Source: an uncultured Spirochaetota bacterium (GTDB taxonomy: Bacteria; Spirochaetota; Brevinematia; Brevinematales; JAOACQ01). Taken from it: a DNA stretch of 64,000 nucleotides. Below the pieces are notes generated by a model that searched no databases, had not been told where the DNA came from, and was given only the letters and a program-made list of their open reading frames with translations. The stretch is from positions 64,001-128,000 of the forward strand of contig CAWAOD010000009.1 in NCBI GenBank assembly GCA_963783575.1, given 5' to 3'. Made by a program: the position numbers and the translations under genes. This document shows, in pieces, positions 51,802-61,112 of the stretch; the first letter of the stretch is position 1; the number at the start of each line of letters is the position of its first letter.

Positions 51802-53546
51802 GCAATCATTTCACCGTAACTATATGTCCCGGCAGTAAGTTCAGTCATCATAAATTCAAGCCTTTCTATCGATTTCTCTATTCCTTCCGGATTCATATCC
51901 CTGACCGATAAGTCTATCATATAAATAATCTCATCGATTTCTTCCTGGATTAAACCTTTTTTATAAGCAGGAGGAATGGAGTTGGCAATTTTTGTTATAA
52001 TGCTTTCGGCCCTTGTTTTAAGTTTCAAGACGGAATTAAGATTGCCGCGGAGTTTTATTTCACCCTCGTATCTTTTCATATGCTCCTGCTGAATCTTTAA
52101 AAGCTCTTCTTCGGACATTCTGGACTGTTCAACGATCGTTATTCCCTGCACATTTTGAGTATCCACATCCATTGCACTGACATTCAAAATACCGTTCACA
52201 TCCAGTTCAAAGTTTACTTCAATCCTGGGATCACCCTTTTCGGTATTCCTGATTCCCTCAAGGCGGAATTTACCAAGCGATACATTGTTCTTACAGTACA
52301 TACTTTCGCCCTGCATTATATGGATATCTACACTTTTCTGGCCACTGACGACAGTAGTAAAAATCCTTTTTGCCGAAGTTGGAATAGGGCTGTTTCTCTC
52401 AATAATGGGAACAAAATAACCGCTTTCGACCTCTATGCCAAGTGATATCGGATTAACATCAACCAAAACCACCCCGCTAACATCTCCCTGAACAATACCG
52501 CCCTGTAATGCAGCACCCCTCGCTACTACTTCATCCGGATTTATTGAACAATCAGGGCTTTTACCGAAAAGCTTCCCAACACTTTCCCTAACCATCGGTA
52601 TTCTGGACGATCCTCCGACCAGAATAACCCTGTCGATTTCATTGATATTAAAGTCGGCATCCGAAACCGCCTGTCTGCATAAATCTATGCTTCTCTGGAT
52701 ATAATCAGCTATCATTGATTCAAATTCCGGTCTTGTTAACTCAAAATCAATGTTTTTAGGTCCATTCTGATCCGCTGTAATAAAAGGCACCTTGATCCTC
52801 GCAGATTTTTCAGAAGAAAGTTCGATTTTTGCTTTTTCAACCGCATCATAAATTTTCACAATGGCAAGAGGGTCCTCATTCAGATCGATGCCGGTTTCAT
52901 CCTTAAACCTTCCTATAACAGAATCCATAATCCGCTTATTAAAATCCTCTCCGCCGAGATTATTATCTCCGGCAGTTGAAATCACTTCAAATATTCCATC
53001 GGCGACATTCAGTACCGAAACATCAAGCGTTCCCCCGCCAAGATCATAAATAACAATATTCAGGTCTTCCTGAGAATTTACAACATATGCCAGGGATGCC
53101 GCAGTAGGTTCGTTGATTATCCTGAGGACATTCAATCCCGCAAGCTTACCGGCGTTTTTTGTGGCCTGCCTTTGATTATCATTGAAATAAGCCGGCACGG
53201 TAATTATGGCATCTTTGACTTTCTCCCCGAGGAATTCTTCCGCCTGGTCTTTTAATTTTTTAAGTATGAATGATGAAATTTCTTCCGGTGAATATTCCTT
53301 GTCATTTATTTTGACTTTAAAATCGGTCCCCATCTTTCTCTTAATCCTTTTAACTGTAAATTCGGGATTGGTATATTCCAGGCTTCTTGCCGCTTCTCCC
53401 GCAAGGATAACATCATCAGCAAAAGAAACTACTGAAGGCATAGTTCTTTTTCCGTTTTTATCAGGTATAATTTCCGCATCTTCTTTATTCAAGTAAGCGA
53501 CAGCAGAATAAGTTGTTCCCAGGTCAATACCGATTACTTTTCCCAT
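51798..53546 (-). CDS. Secondary Hsp70 (DnaK-like) chaperone
   Basis: IGIDLGTT, TVPAYFND, INEPTAA, DLGGGT, LVGGSSRIP; short divergent lid. Confidence 0.92.
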   Translation of the reverse strand: MGKVIGIDLGTTYSAVAYLNKEDAEIIPDKNGKRTMPSVVSFADDVILAGEAARSLEYTNPEFTVKRIKRKMGTDFKVKINDKEYSPEEISSFILKKLKDQAEEFLGEKVKDAIITVPAYFNDNQRQATKNAGKLAGLNVLRIINEPTAASLAYVVNSQEDLNIVIYDLGGGTLDVSVLNVADGIFEVISTAGDNNLGGEDFNKRIMDSVIGRFKDETGIDLNEDPLAIVKIYDAVEKAKIELSSEKSARIKVPFITADQNGPKNIDFELTRPEFESMIADYIQRSIDLCRQAVSDADFNINEIDRVILVGGSSRIPMVRESVGKLFGKSPDCSINPDEVVARGAALQGGIVQGDVSGVVLVDVNPISLGIEVESGYFVPIIERNSPIPTSAKRIFTTVVSGQKSVDIHIMQGESMYCKNNVSLGKFRLEGIRNTEKGDPRIEVNFELDVNGILNVSAMDVDTQNVQGITIVEQSRMSEEELLKIQQEHMKRYEGEIKLRGNLNSVLKLKTRAESIITKIANSIPPAYKKGLIQEEIDEIIYMIDLSVRDMNPEGIEKSIERLEFMMTELTAGTYSYGEMIA

Positions 53547-53764
53547 AGTATCCCTCCGACATTACATTACATCATATTTTTCGGATTTTTACCCTCATTA
53601 GTTAAGCGTCGGTAATTTGATTATTGAACACAATAAAACGGCTGGCACACTAATTGATGCATTTCAATAGTTTATATTTAATTATTTTAGTAGGAGTTTA
53701 TCCGGCATTAATTTCTAGTGATTCCTTAACAGCCTAAAATAGAAAAATAGTTTTCAAAAAATAA

Positions 53765-53793
53765 TTGACACTTAAAAGATAATATATTATAAT
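53765..53793 (+). promoter_or_regulatory. Consensus sigma-70 promoter of arsR
   Basis: TTGACA-17 bp-TATAAT. Confidence 0.85.
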
Positions 53794-53815
53794 TAGTTAT
53801 ATCGGGATGTGACTA
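53794..53815. promoter_or_regulatory. Palindromic operator (ArsR-type), copy 1
   Basis: TAGTTATATCGGGATGTGACTA over the predicted transcription start. Confidence 0.65.
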
Positions 53816-53816
53816 T

Positions 53817-54116
53817 ATGACAAAAAATTTATTTCCTCAAAATATTTCAGACTTTTTTAAGGCGCTTGGAAACGATAAGAGGCAGGAAATTTTATTGACT
53901 TTGTTTGCTGATTATGGTGAGCATAATATAAATGAAGTTTCAAAAAGAGTCCAAATAGCACAATCAACAGCCTCAGAGCATCTATCCTTTCTTAAAAGAG
54001 CGGGAATATTGGTTTCCAGAAAGGTCAATAAAGAGGTTTTTTACAAAGTGAATACAGAAGGCATAATTAAGATGCTTGATGAAATAAAATCAATTTTAAA
54101 CTGCTGTATGCCATAA
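53817..54116 (+). CDS. ArsR/SmtB-family repressor
   Basis: FKALG...R.EIL, QSTASEHL..LKRAGIL, C-terminal CC. Confidence 0.92.
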   Translation: MTKNLFPQNISDFFKALGNDKRQEILLTLFADYGEHNINEVSKRVQIAQSTASEHLSFLKRAGILVSRKVNKEVFYKVNTEGIIKMLDEIKSILNCCMP

Positions 54117-54135
54117 TATTTTTTTTAACAATTTA

Positions 54136-54157
54136 TCGTTATATCCCGATATAACTA
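54136..54157. promoter_or_regulatory. Palindromic operator, inverted copy 2
   Basis: TCGTTATATCCCGATATAACTA; 19/22 identical to the reverse complement of copy 1. Confidence 0.65.
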
Positions 54158-54185
54158 TTTATTATAAAAGCCAGGAGAAATATTT

Positions 54186-55037
54186 ATGGGAAAGAAAATA
54201 TTTTTGAAAGTTGTAATATCAGTCTTGAGCATAATGTTTTTTATACACGCAATCAGCATTGCTATGGGTATTAAATTTGCAACAGGACCGCTTCAAAAGA
54301 GAAAACTATTGGTAAAGGATGGGGAATTTTTGAAGTATAAATGGAATTTTGGAACCGAAAAATCGGACGACGACTATTTTGTATACAGGACCGACAATAT
54401 TTCCAACACACTCACCCTTTATTGGTTTTGTAAGGATGTAAAGGGCAAGGTTGTTGTCCCGGATCATTATACAAACTATAACAGGCGTGTAAAGGTATCT
54501 TTGGATAAGGCTTCCATTCTGTATTTTACACGCGATAATACAAAAGAAACTATTGCCAATAATGAAAAGGGAGTGATTGCAGAAAGTCTTAACATTGACT
54601 ATAGTACTGGTGAGGCTGAATATTTGAGCAAATCCTGGGATGGAAACCAGACGACTTGTCAAAAGACAAGAGTGAAAATAAAACCGGATTATCCCGTTTG
54701 GGAGTTAAGTTCTATTGCATTTGTGGCAAGCCGTTTTATGGATATCAAAAAACCGGGAGTTCTTTTACTAGTACAGCCTGGAATCATAAAAGAAGCTGTA
54801 CCGGTTTCTTTTATTTATAAAGGAAAGGAAGATATAACAACCATTGCCGGAAAATTCCACACTTTGAAATATAATTTTCAAATTGCAGATCCTTTTATGG
54901 GTAAGCTGTTGGAAAATTATGTAAAGTATTCCTCAATCTGGATAGAGGATTCTGAAAGGGCGCTGCTGATTAAAGTAACTTATCCCGGTGCTACGAGTGA
55001 AATTGAAGAGATCGGAATATGGAAGGACGCAAAATAA
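54186..55037 (+). CDS. Exported DUF3108-like protein
   Basis: Signal peptide; GKEDITTIAGKFHTLKY...IWIEDS.R.LLIK. Confidence 0.55.
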   Translation: MGKKIFLKVVISVLSIMFFIHAISIAMGIKFATGPLQKRKLLVKDGEFLKYKWNFGTEKSDDDYFVYRTDNISNTLTLYWFCKDVKGKVVVPDHYTNYNRRVKVSLDKASILYFTRDNTKETIANNEKGVIAESLNIDYSTGEAEYLSKSWDGNQTTCQKTRVKIKPDYPVWELSSIAFVASRFMDIKKPGVLLLVQPGIIKEAVPVSFIYKGKEDITTIAGKFHTLKYNFQIADPFMGKLLENYVKYSSIWIEDSERALLIKVTYPGATSEIEEIGIWKDAK

Positions 55038-55079
55038 GAACAGTTTATTACTTTATGCATTGATCATCACTATTATAAT

Positions 55080-55877
55080 TTACTTTAAAAGCATTATTAA
55101 ACCAAAGCCGACAACCAGAACGATAAAAATAATGCCGTAGACCTTCTCCAGAGTCTGAACATTTATCTTGGCTAATATCCTTGGCCCAAGAAACCCGCCG
55201 ATTACCGAGCCGCTTCCGAGTAGCAACAGCAACATAAGATTGAATTGGCCGACTATCAAATGCCCGGCAAGGCCGGAAACTGCATTAAAAAAAACCACCA
55301 ATACCGATGTTCCTACTACAGCAGTTACCGGTAAACCCAAAATATACAATCCGGCTACAATAGATGCCGTTCCACTTGTCCCAAACAGGCCTGCCATAAT
55401 TCCGGATAATATTCCAAAAAATGAGCATAATGCAATTCTTGAACCTGAAAGCGGTTTTGAAACTTTTTTCCCGCTACTAAGATTATTAAGCCTGTTTTTA
55501 CTTGTGAGAATCATTGGGATGGTCAAAGCTAAAGCATAGATTCCAAAAAGTTTCTGTAAAATAACTGCCGGGACAAGATGCGATATATATGCGCCCGCAA
55601 GTGCTCCAGCAAGCCCTGCTATCCCGAAAATAACACCTATCGGCATATTAATATTACCCTTGCGGTAGTGTTCAATAGATCCGACAATTACGGTGGGGAT
55701 AGTCGCAGCAAGAGAAGTAGAAACTGCAAGTTGTGGCGGTACATGAAATAAAAGAATCAATATCGGAACATAAAAAAAGCCTCCGCCTCCGCCGAATATA
55801 GTTACCAGAAGACCGATAGCAAGGCCGACTAATGGCAGCCAGAGATAACTTGAATTATAGGTTAAGTTCATTATCAT
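55080..55877 (-). CDS. TauE/SafE (TSUP) sulfite-exporter-family permease
   Basis: GGGGGFFYVP, AVSTSL, AVVGTS; about 8 TM. Confidence 0.9.
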   Translation of the reverse strand: MIMNLTYNSSYLWLPLVGLAIGLLVTIFGGGGGFFYVPILILLFHVPPQLAVSTSLAATIPTVIVGSIEHYRKGNINMPIGVIFGIAGLAGALAGAYISHLVPAVILQKLFGIYALALTIPMILTSKNRLNNLSSGKKVSKPLSGSRIALCSFFGILSGIMAGLFGTSGTASIVAGLYILGLPVTAVVGTSVLVVFFNAVSGLAGHLIVGQFNLMLLLLLGSGSVIGGFLGPRILAKINVQTLEKVYGIIFIVLVVGFGLIMLLK

Positions 55878-56395
55878 TATGTGTAAGCCTCTTTATCTTT
55901 ACTTTCAATAGTTTTTATATCGCTTATTGCATTACTATGTATTTTGTTTATTATTGCATTTAATCCCCGCTGAAACAGGGAAAAGTCTTCCTTTGAAATC
56001 TTTTGTAGCCATATTCCAAAGAAATTTTCCCATCCAAGGAGTTTTTTAATAATTTCTTCACCCGCCGGCAAGAGCCGAACTATAACACGCCGACGATCTA
56101 ACGGATCTTCGCTGCGGTCAACTAACCCTTCATGTACCAGCTTATCAACGAGATGACTGGCTGTAGGTTCGCCAATCCTGAGTTGTTTGGCGATTTTTAT
56201 TACTGAAGATGTTTTATTGTGGGCGATTATAAATACTGTTCTCAATTGAGGCAGTGTTAGTTGAAGATCCAACCAGGCCGGTACTGAAGCCGTTAGGATA
56301 TCATGTAGTAAAACCCGGAGCAGTTCAATAACATCAGACACCTGGGAATTGTCGAACGGTAATTTTTCTTGTCTTTTCATAAATAAATTCTCCAT
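55877..56395 (-). CDS. MarR-family regulator
   Basis: LTLPQ, TASHLVDKLV..GLVDR..DP.DRR. Confidence 0.92.
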   Translation of the reverse strand: MENLFMKRQEKLPFDNSQVSDVIELLRVLLHDILTASVPAWLDLQLTLPQLRTVFIIAHNKTSSVIKIAKQLRIGEPTASHLVDKLVHEGLVDRSEDPLDRRRVIVRLLPAGEEIIKKLLGWENFFGIWLQKISKEDFSLFQRGLNAIINKIHSNAISDIKTIESKDKEAYT

Positions 56396-56400
56396 AAATC

Positions 56401-56453
56401 AGTTCGATATCATCGATATATTTTATGATAACGAACTATCCTTAAATTGTCAA
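56401..56453 (-). promoter_or_regulatory. marR promoter with overlapping palindromic operator
   Basis: TTGACA-17 bp-TATCAT; inverted repeat AGTTCGTTATCAT / ATGATATCGAACT. Confidence 0.7.
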
Positions 56454-56549
56454 GCAATATTTGTAAGTCCGGCAGTATCGATGTAATTCATTAGCTTGGA
56501 GAAAGGCAAACGGCATAGAACTGTGGGATCAATTGATCCACTGATACTA

Positions 56550-57374
56550 CTAATTTAAAGCTAAAATATTTTTAATATTTAATTCAAAAACATGCTCTTT
56601 AACATTTTCAGATAGATTTAATTGATCTATCTTTTTTAATTGTTCTCCGATTTTTTCAAAAGGCATATCTGAGCCAAAAACCACATGCTCAAAGCCAAAT
56701 AAGTTTATAGCTTCTTGAATATTTTTTCCTTGACTCACATAACCGCCGGATGTATCAAAATAAATATTTTTAAGATAGCTTATATGTTCATAAAATATTT
56801 TTATTCCTAATAAATGTGCCACAATAAATGTCACATCCTGGTTATTTTTTATGAATTGAACAAAGTGATGAGTTTCTTTCTTTGAATACAAATGTATAAA
56901 TATTGGCAAATGATATGATTTAGCTACTTCAACTAATTTATTGAATTCAGGGCTTTCTATTTTAAAAGGATTCCATGCTTGATGAAGTTTTATTCCTTTC
57001 ACATTATAATTTCTAATATTTCTTTCAATATTGTTCATATGTTCAAAATCAATTGGATTAACCCATAAGAATTGAATTAAAATCTTAGAAATTTTTGATA
57101 AATCAAATTTATTTGATAAATCAAATACGAATTTATTGCCATCACCATTATCTTTTATTAAATTTCGATAAGCAAATCTATTTATTTTATTAAGAAAATA
57201 ATTGCTATCCGGAGTTTTTCTAACCGGTAATTTAGGTGCATCCGGTAAGTTTAAATTATTCTTAATGCTTGGGCAAATTAATATTTTTTCTATACTATAT
57301 TTTTTTACTATCTCCAATATAGAGTTAATATCTGCATATTCTCTTGCTGCATGGGCATGCGCATCAATAATCAT
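56550..57374 (-). CDS. Amidohydrolase_2-family metal-dependent hydrolase
   Basis: IIDAHAH, GIKLH, IFIH, VAH, YFDTS, VFGSDMP. Confidence 0.88.
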   Translation of the reverse strand: MIIDAHAHAAREYADINSILEIVKKYSIEKILICPSIKNNLNLPDAPKLPVRKTPDSNYFLNKINRFAYRNLIKDNGDGNKFVFDLSNKFDLSKISKILIQFLWVNPIDFEHMNNIERNIRNYNVKGIKLHQAWNPFKIESPEFNKLVEVAKSYHLPIFIHLYSKKETHHFVQFIKNNQDVTFIVAHLLGIKIFYEHISYLKNIYFDTSGGYVSQGKNIQEAINLFGFEHVVFGSDMPFEKIGEQLKKIDQLNLSENVKEHVFELNIKNILALN

Positions 57375-57472
57375 TTAATATACTCCTTTAAAACAATTTG
57401 CATAAGGCTATACTGCATTTGTAAAGCTTAGCGCCTCACCTTTTTGAGAGCCAGAGCTTTACAACCGATTCC

Positions 57473-57519
57473 AATTTAAACTCCTTTCTCTTTTTATAAA
57501 ATCTTAAACGGGCGAACCC
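57473..57519 (-). repeat. Cassette-boundary repeat, copy 1
   Basis: GGGTTCGCCCGTTTAAGATTTTATAAAAAGAGAAAGGAGTT on the minus strand; second copy at 60906-60953. Confidence 0.7.
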
Positions 57520-57547
57520 ATTTGTTCAATTCTGGCCGATGCTCATA

Positions 57548-58045
57548 TTATATATTTAGATCTTCTATTTTAGCAATATTTTGTGTTATTATTGGTTTAA
57601 AACCTAATGCTTTCCACGTTTTTTCAGCTTCAGAATTATTTATGACATAATTTAAAGTAAAAGAATTAATCTGTCTATAATACACTACAATTTCCTTCAA
57701 AAGTGATTTACATATACCTTGTTTTCTATATTCAGAATCAACCCATACATCATCAATTTTTACTGATTTATCTATTGTAAAATTATCATGCTTATTCAAA
57801 TATGCTGTTATCATTCCAACAATTTTATTATTTTTTAAATTTATAGCAATTAGTATTCTAACATTACCATCTTCCAATTAATTTTTAAAATACACATTTA
57901 AATTATTTCTCCATTCAGGAGTATATTTTAAAATATTATCATTAGAATTCTCCATGTGATTTTGTAACAAAAGACGCATTCTAACTAAATCAGGAATATG
58001 ATCAATATCAGCATTAATAATTTTAAATTTAATATTCATATTCAT
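57548..58045 (-). pseudogene. GNAT acetyltransferase with an in-frame nonsense codon
   Basis: ATG 58045 with RBS GGGGGAG; TAA at 57878-57880 in frame; VWVDSEYRKQGIC..L, N..A..W..LGF. Confidence 0.8.
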
Positions 58046-58086
58046 TATTCACTCCCCCTCTTTAATAAATAGATACATATATTATG

Positions 58087-58113
58087 CGTACAACGCTGTT
58101 TTATATACGAAGT
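58087..58113 (-). repeat. attC-like right half-site (L'/R')
   Basis: ACTTCGTATATAAAACAGCGTTGTACGC, ending in a GTT core just upstream of the GNAT RBS. Confidence 0.45.
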
Positions 58114-58137
58114 CCATGATCGTTTTTATTTATAATT

Positions 58138-58405
58138 TTAATTTCGCCACAATCTATTTTCATATTCAATATCAAAAACTGGGGAATTTGCAGTTATATA
58201 TTTTAACACTGTTTTACCTTATTATTCCATGTTCAGAATTAGAAGGAATATAAATAGCATCACCTGTCTTAACTTTTTGCTTTTCATTGTCAACCGTCAT
58301 TAAACCTTCACCTTTAATTATAATGTGACATTGTTCTGGTAAATGCTTATGTAGAGGTTGTTCTTTTCCTGATAAATTTTCACGGTCCGACCTCAAGACA
58401 AACAT
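58138..58405 (-). pseudogene. Cupin-domain gene remnant (5'-truncated, frameshifted)
   Basis: HKHLPEQ..II.GEG......GDAIYIPSNSEHGI; the C-terminus continues in another frame to 58138. Confidence 0.7.
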
Positions 58406-59714
58406 AACACATATGACACTAGAACATGGTAAAACTTTTTATTTTAAAAACATTGTTTCATTATAGAACTAAACATAAAAGTTTTCAAATCAATTTGATC
58501 CTAAGGTTCTTTTCAAACTAGGCCTCAAAGCCTGCTTTGAAACCTTAGAGAACATTGGTGATAAAAATTCGACTATCTGGAAAAAGACAAAGTCAGATAT
58601 AATAATAAGATAATGGGCTTTAAGTAAAACCAATGCACATTAGGTAAATAAAATTTTTTGGAATTGGATGGAAAGGAAAATAACCATTTAAACTAGACTT
58701 TTTCTACAAGGCCGTAAAATGAAGTGCAAAATGCCAGTCTATTTATATTCGTATGGAATATAAAATTGTTTTAAATCGCTAATCATATTTATTTCAACAT
58801 CTTTATTATAAATAGCACAAAATCGGTCTTTCATCGCTTTATGGTCATCAGATTTGCATTGTATAAACACTTGTTTTAATGAAGGCAATTTTGATAAAAT
58901 ATCTTTATCAACTAATCTATTAAAAAAAGGAAAAGAATAACCAATAACAACCAATATTTCTGTTTTATTAATACAGCCTTCAATTTGCGGGTATATAATC
59001 TTTTTATAAATATTGTCTTCCCAGGCATAATTTATGTGAGGAGTAATTTTAGTTCGTTTTTGATTATAAAAACTATATAAATATAGTATTTCTGTAACAA
59101 TGCTTGAAACTTCAACATTTCTATAATTTAGTGAATATCGATCTAAATATTTATTATCATCATAAACTTCACAAATACCATTTAAATGTATTATTGAAAA
59201 TTTATTACAATTAATTTCAATTTTATAATCTCTTGATATAGGAATTGATTGAAGTTTAAAGTATTGCTCCTGGGTAATTAAATTTGAATAAAAATTAGCA
59301 AACGATTTTTCAAATTGAGTATCATAATTCCATGTTAATATTCTTATGTTATCTGGTAGTATAATTTCATTATTTTCTTTATTTAAGATTGAAGCAAAAA
59401 ATAAATCATAGCGATAATCTAAACGTTCTATTTCTTGTTGTCCAATTATAAAACATGATAATATGGACTTTAGCTTTGCGAGTTCATTTGGCTTATTATT
59501 TAAAAATAGTTTTTTAGCAAATGTATCAATAGAAAAATGTTTTTTTGATTCATTAATTAACCATTCTAAATCATTGATGAACATTTTTTTTACTGTACGA
59601 GCTGTTATATTTTCATAAAATATTTCATCTTCATTAATTACTGTTGAATTAACTATTTTTAAAAACTCAGTCATTAAAGATGGAAAATTTTCGACAAGTG
59701 GAAGTGTATTACAA

Positions 59715-60853
59715 CTAGTGCTTAATTGCGTAAGTTAACGATAGTATTTCTTAATTGAGAACCTTTCACTTCCCGTTTTCTCCACACAAAAGGTTTTGCG
59801 GTTTCAGTGTATGCTTTAACAAATGCATCTATTGCTTCTCTCAATTCTTCCGTGTTTTTAAAACTGGCGCCTCTAAGAGCTTTTCGGCTCATAATACCAA
59901 ACCATATTTCCACCTGATTTAACCAACTTGCCGAAGTAGGCGTGTAATGAAAAAAAACATTCTTATTCCGGGATAACCATTCATCGTTCTTTTTGTGAAT
60001 ACAATAATTGTCTAAAATTACATGAATTTCTTTATCTTTTGAAACATCTACCACCACTCTATCCATAAACTCAAGAAATTCAATACGTCTTTTGTATTCA
60101 GTAGTTTGGGTGTGTATTAACCCTGTAGCTACTTCCAGCGCAGCAAATAGGTTCAGCGTTCCATTTCTTTTATATGTACTTTTGTATCCTCTTACAATTT
60201 TTCCATTATCCGTCTCTACATAGCCGGTTGTCCTTTCCAACGCTTGAATACCAGGTTTTTCGTCTACAGATATAACCAATGCATTCATCGGCGGATTTAA
60301 ATACAACCCAATAATATTTGTGGCTTTTGTCGAAAATTCAGGATCAGTGCTGACACACCAACTTCGCTGTCGGGATAAGCAAATTCCTTCTTTTCTTAAA
60401 ACCCTCCATACCGCATGCGTTGATGTGTTTAAATGTTTTGCTAAAGCCGGACCATCCCAAATTGCCTGCCCGATAGGCGGTGTTTTTTCCAGAGTTTCTA
60501 AAACTTTGTCCCTGAAATTCTGCCCATATATTTTTGGCTTTCCTGACCTGGGCAGATCATACAATCCATCAATTCCTTTTTGCTGAAATCTTTTTTTCCA
60601 ATCAATAACCGTATTTGGTCTTATGTGAAGGTCAGCCGCAATCTCAGATACATTTTGTCCTTTCAGGCTATTGACAATTATTTTCGCCCTCTCTACAAGT
60701 CGCGCTTCCATAGTTCGGCTTCTCACCCAACTATCAAGAATAATTTCATCCGCTTTGGTGCATGTTATAACTTGCGTTTTCTTAGACATACAACCTCCTT
60801 TTTTATGTCTAAGATTATAATTAATAACGCTTATTATTGCAATTAAGCACTAG
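59715..60853 (-). mobile_element. IS630-family insertion sequence
   Basis: Inverted ends CTAGTGCTTAATTGC / GCAATTAAGCACTAG with duplicated CTAG (TA) target. Confidence 0.93.
59722..60789 (-). CDS. IS630-family DDE transposase
   Basis: HTH N-terminus; SVDEK, YKRNGT, ILDN..IHK, SASWLNQVEIWF. Confidence 0.95.
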   Translation of the reverse strand: MSKKTQVITCTKADEIILDSWVRSRTMEARLVERAKIIVNSLKGQNVSEIAADLHIRPNTVIDWKKRFQQKGIDGLYDLPRSGKPKIYGQNFRDKVLETLEKTPPIGQAIWDGPALAKHLNTSTHAVWRVLRKEGICLSRQRSWCVSTDPEFSTKATNIIGLYLNPPMNALVISVDEKPGIQALERTTGYVETDNGKIVRGYKSTYKRNGTLNLFAALEVATGLIHTQTTEYKRRIEFLEFMDRVVVDVSKDKEIHVILDNYCIHKKNDEWLSRNKNVFFHYTPTSASWLNQVEIWFGIMSRKALRGASFKNTEELREAIDAFVKAYTETAKPFVWRKREVKGSQLRNTIVNLRN

Positions 60854-60905
60854 CTCCAGCTCCAGTCAAAAAAGTAATATTCATAAAAAATCCAAATTTA
60901 TATAA

Positions 60906-60953
60906 AAATTGAACCCCTTCCTCTTTTTACTAAAAACAAAAACGGGCGAACCC
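60906..60953 (-). repeat. Cassette-boundary repeat, copy 2
   Basis: GGGTTCGCCCGTTTTTGTTTTTAGTAAAAAGAGGAAGGGGTT upstream of the Sir2-like start. Confidence 0.7.
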
Positions 60954-61112
60954 GAGGAGCTGGAAAAACTTTTTCTTCTTCTCCGTTTACGTCCTGATGG
61001 AAATGATAAACTAATTTACCAGGGTAGCAATAAATGAAATTCCCATACCTGTCACAAACAGATTTCCCATAGAGAAGCTTGAAGATTACCTTTAATGAAA
61101 ATTCATTAAAGG

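Larger units (their letters stand above)
58739..60884 (-). pseudogene. Sir2-like (SIR2_2) protein gene interrupted by IS630
   Basis: Removing the IS gives MNITFLTGAGASCNTLPLV in frame with 58739..59674; TWNYD, HLNG, VIGYSFP. Confidence 0.85.

Noticed and set aside
53643..53658. Second sigma-54 promoter (TGGCACACTAATTGAT)
   Set aside because: The -12 GC is replaced by GA, and a perfect sigma-70 promoter already explains arsR transcription
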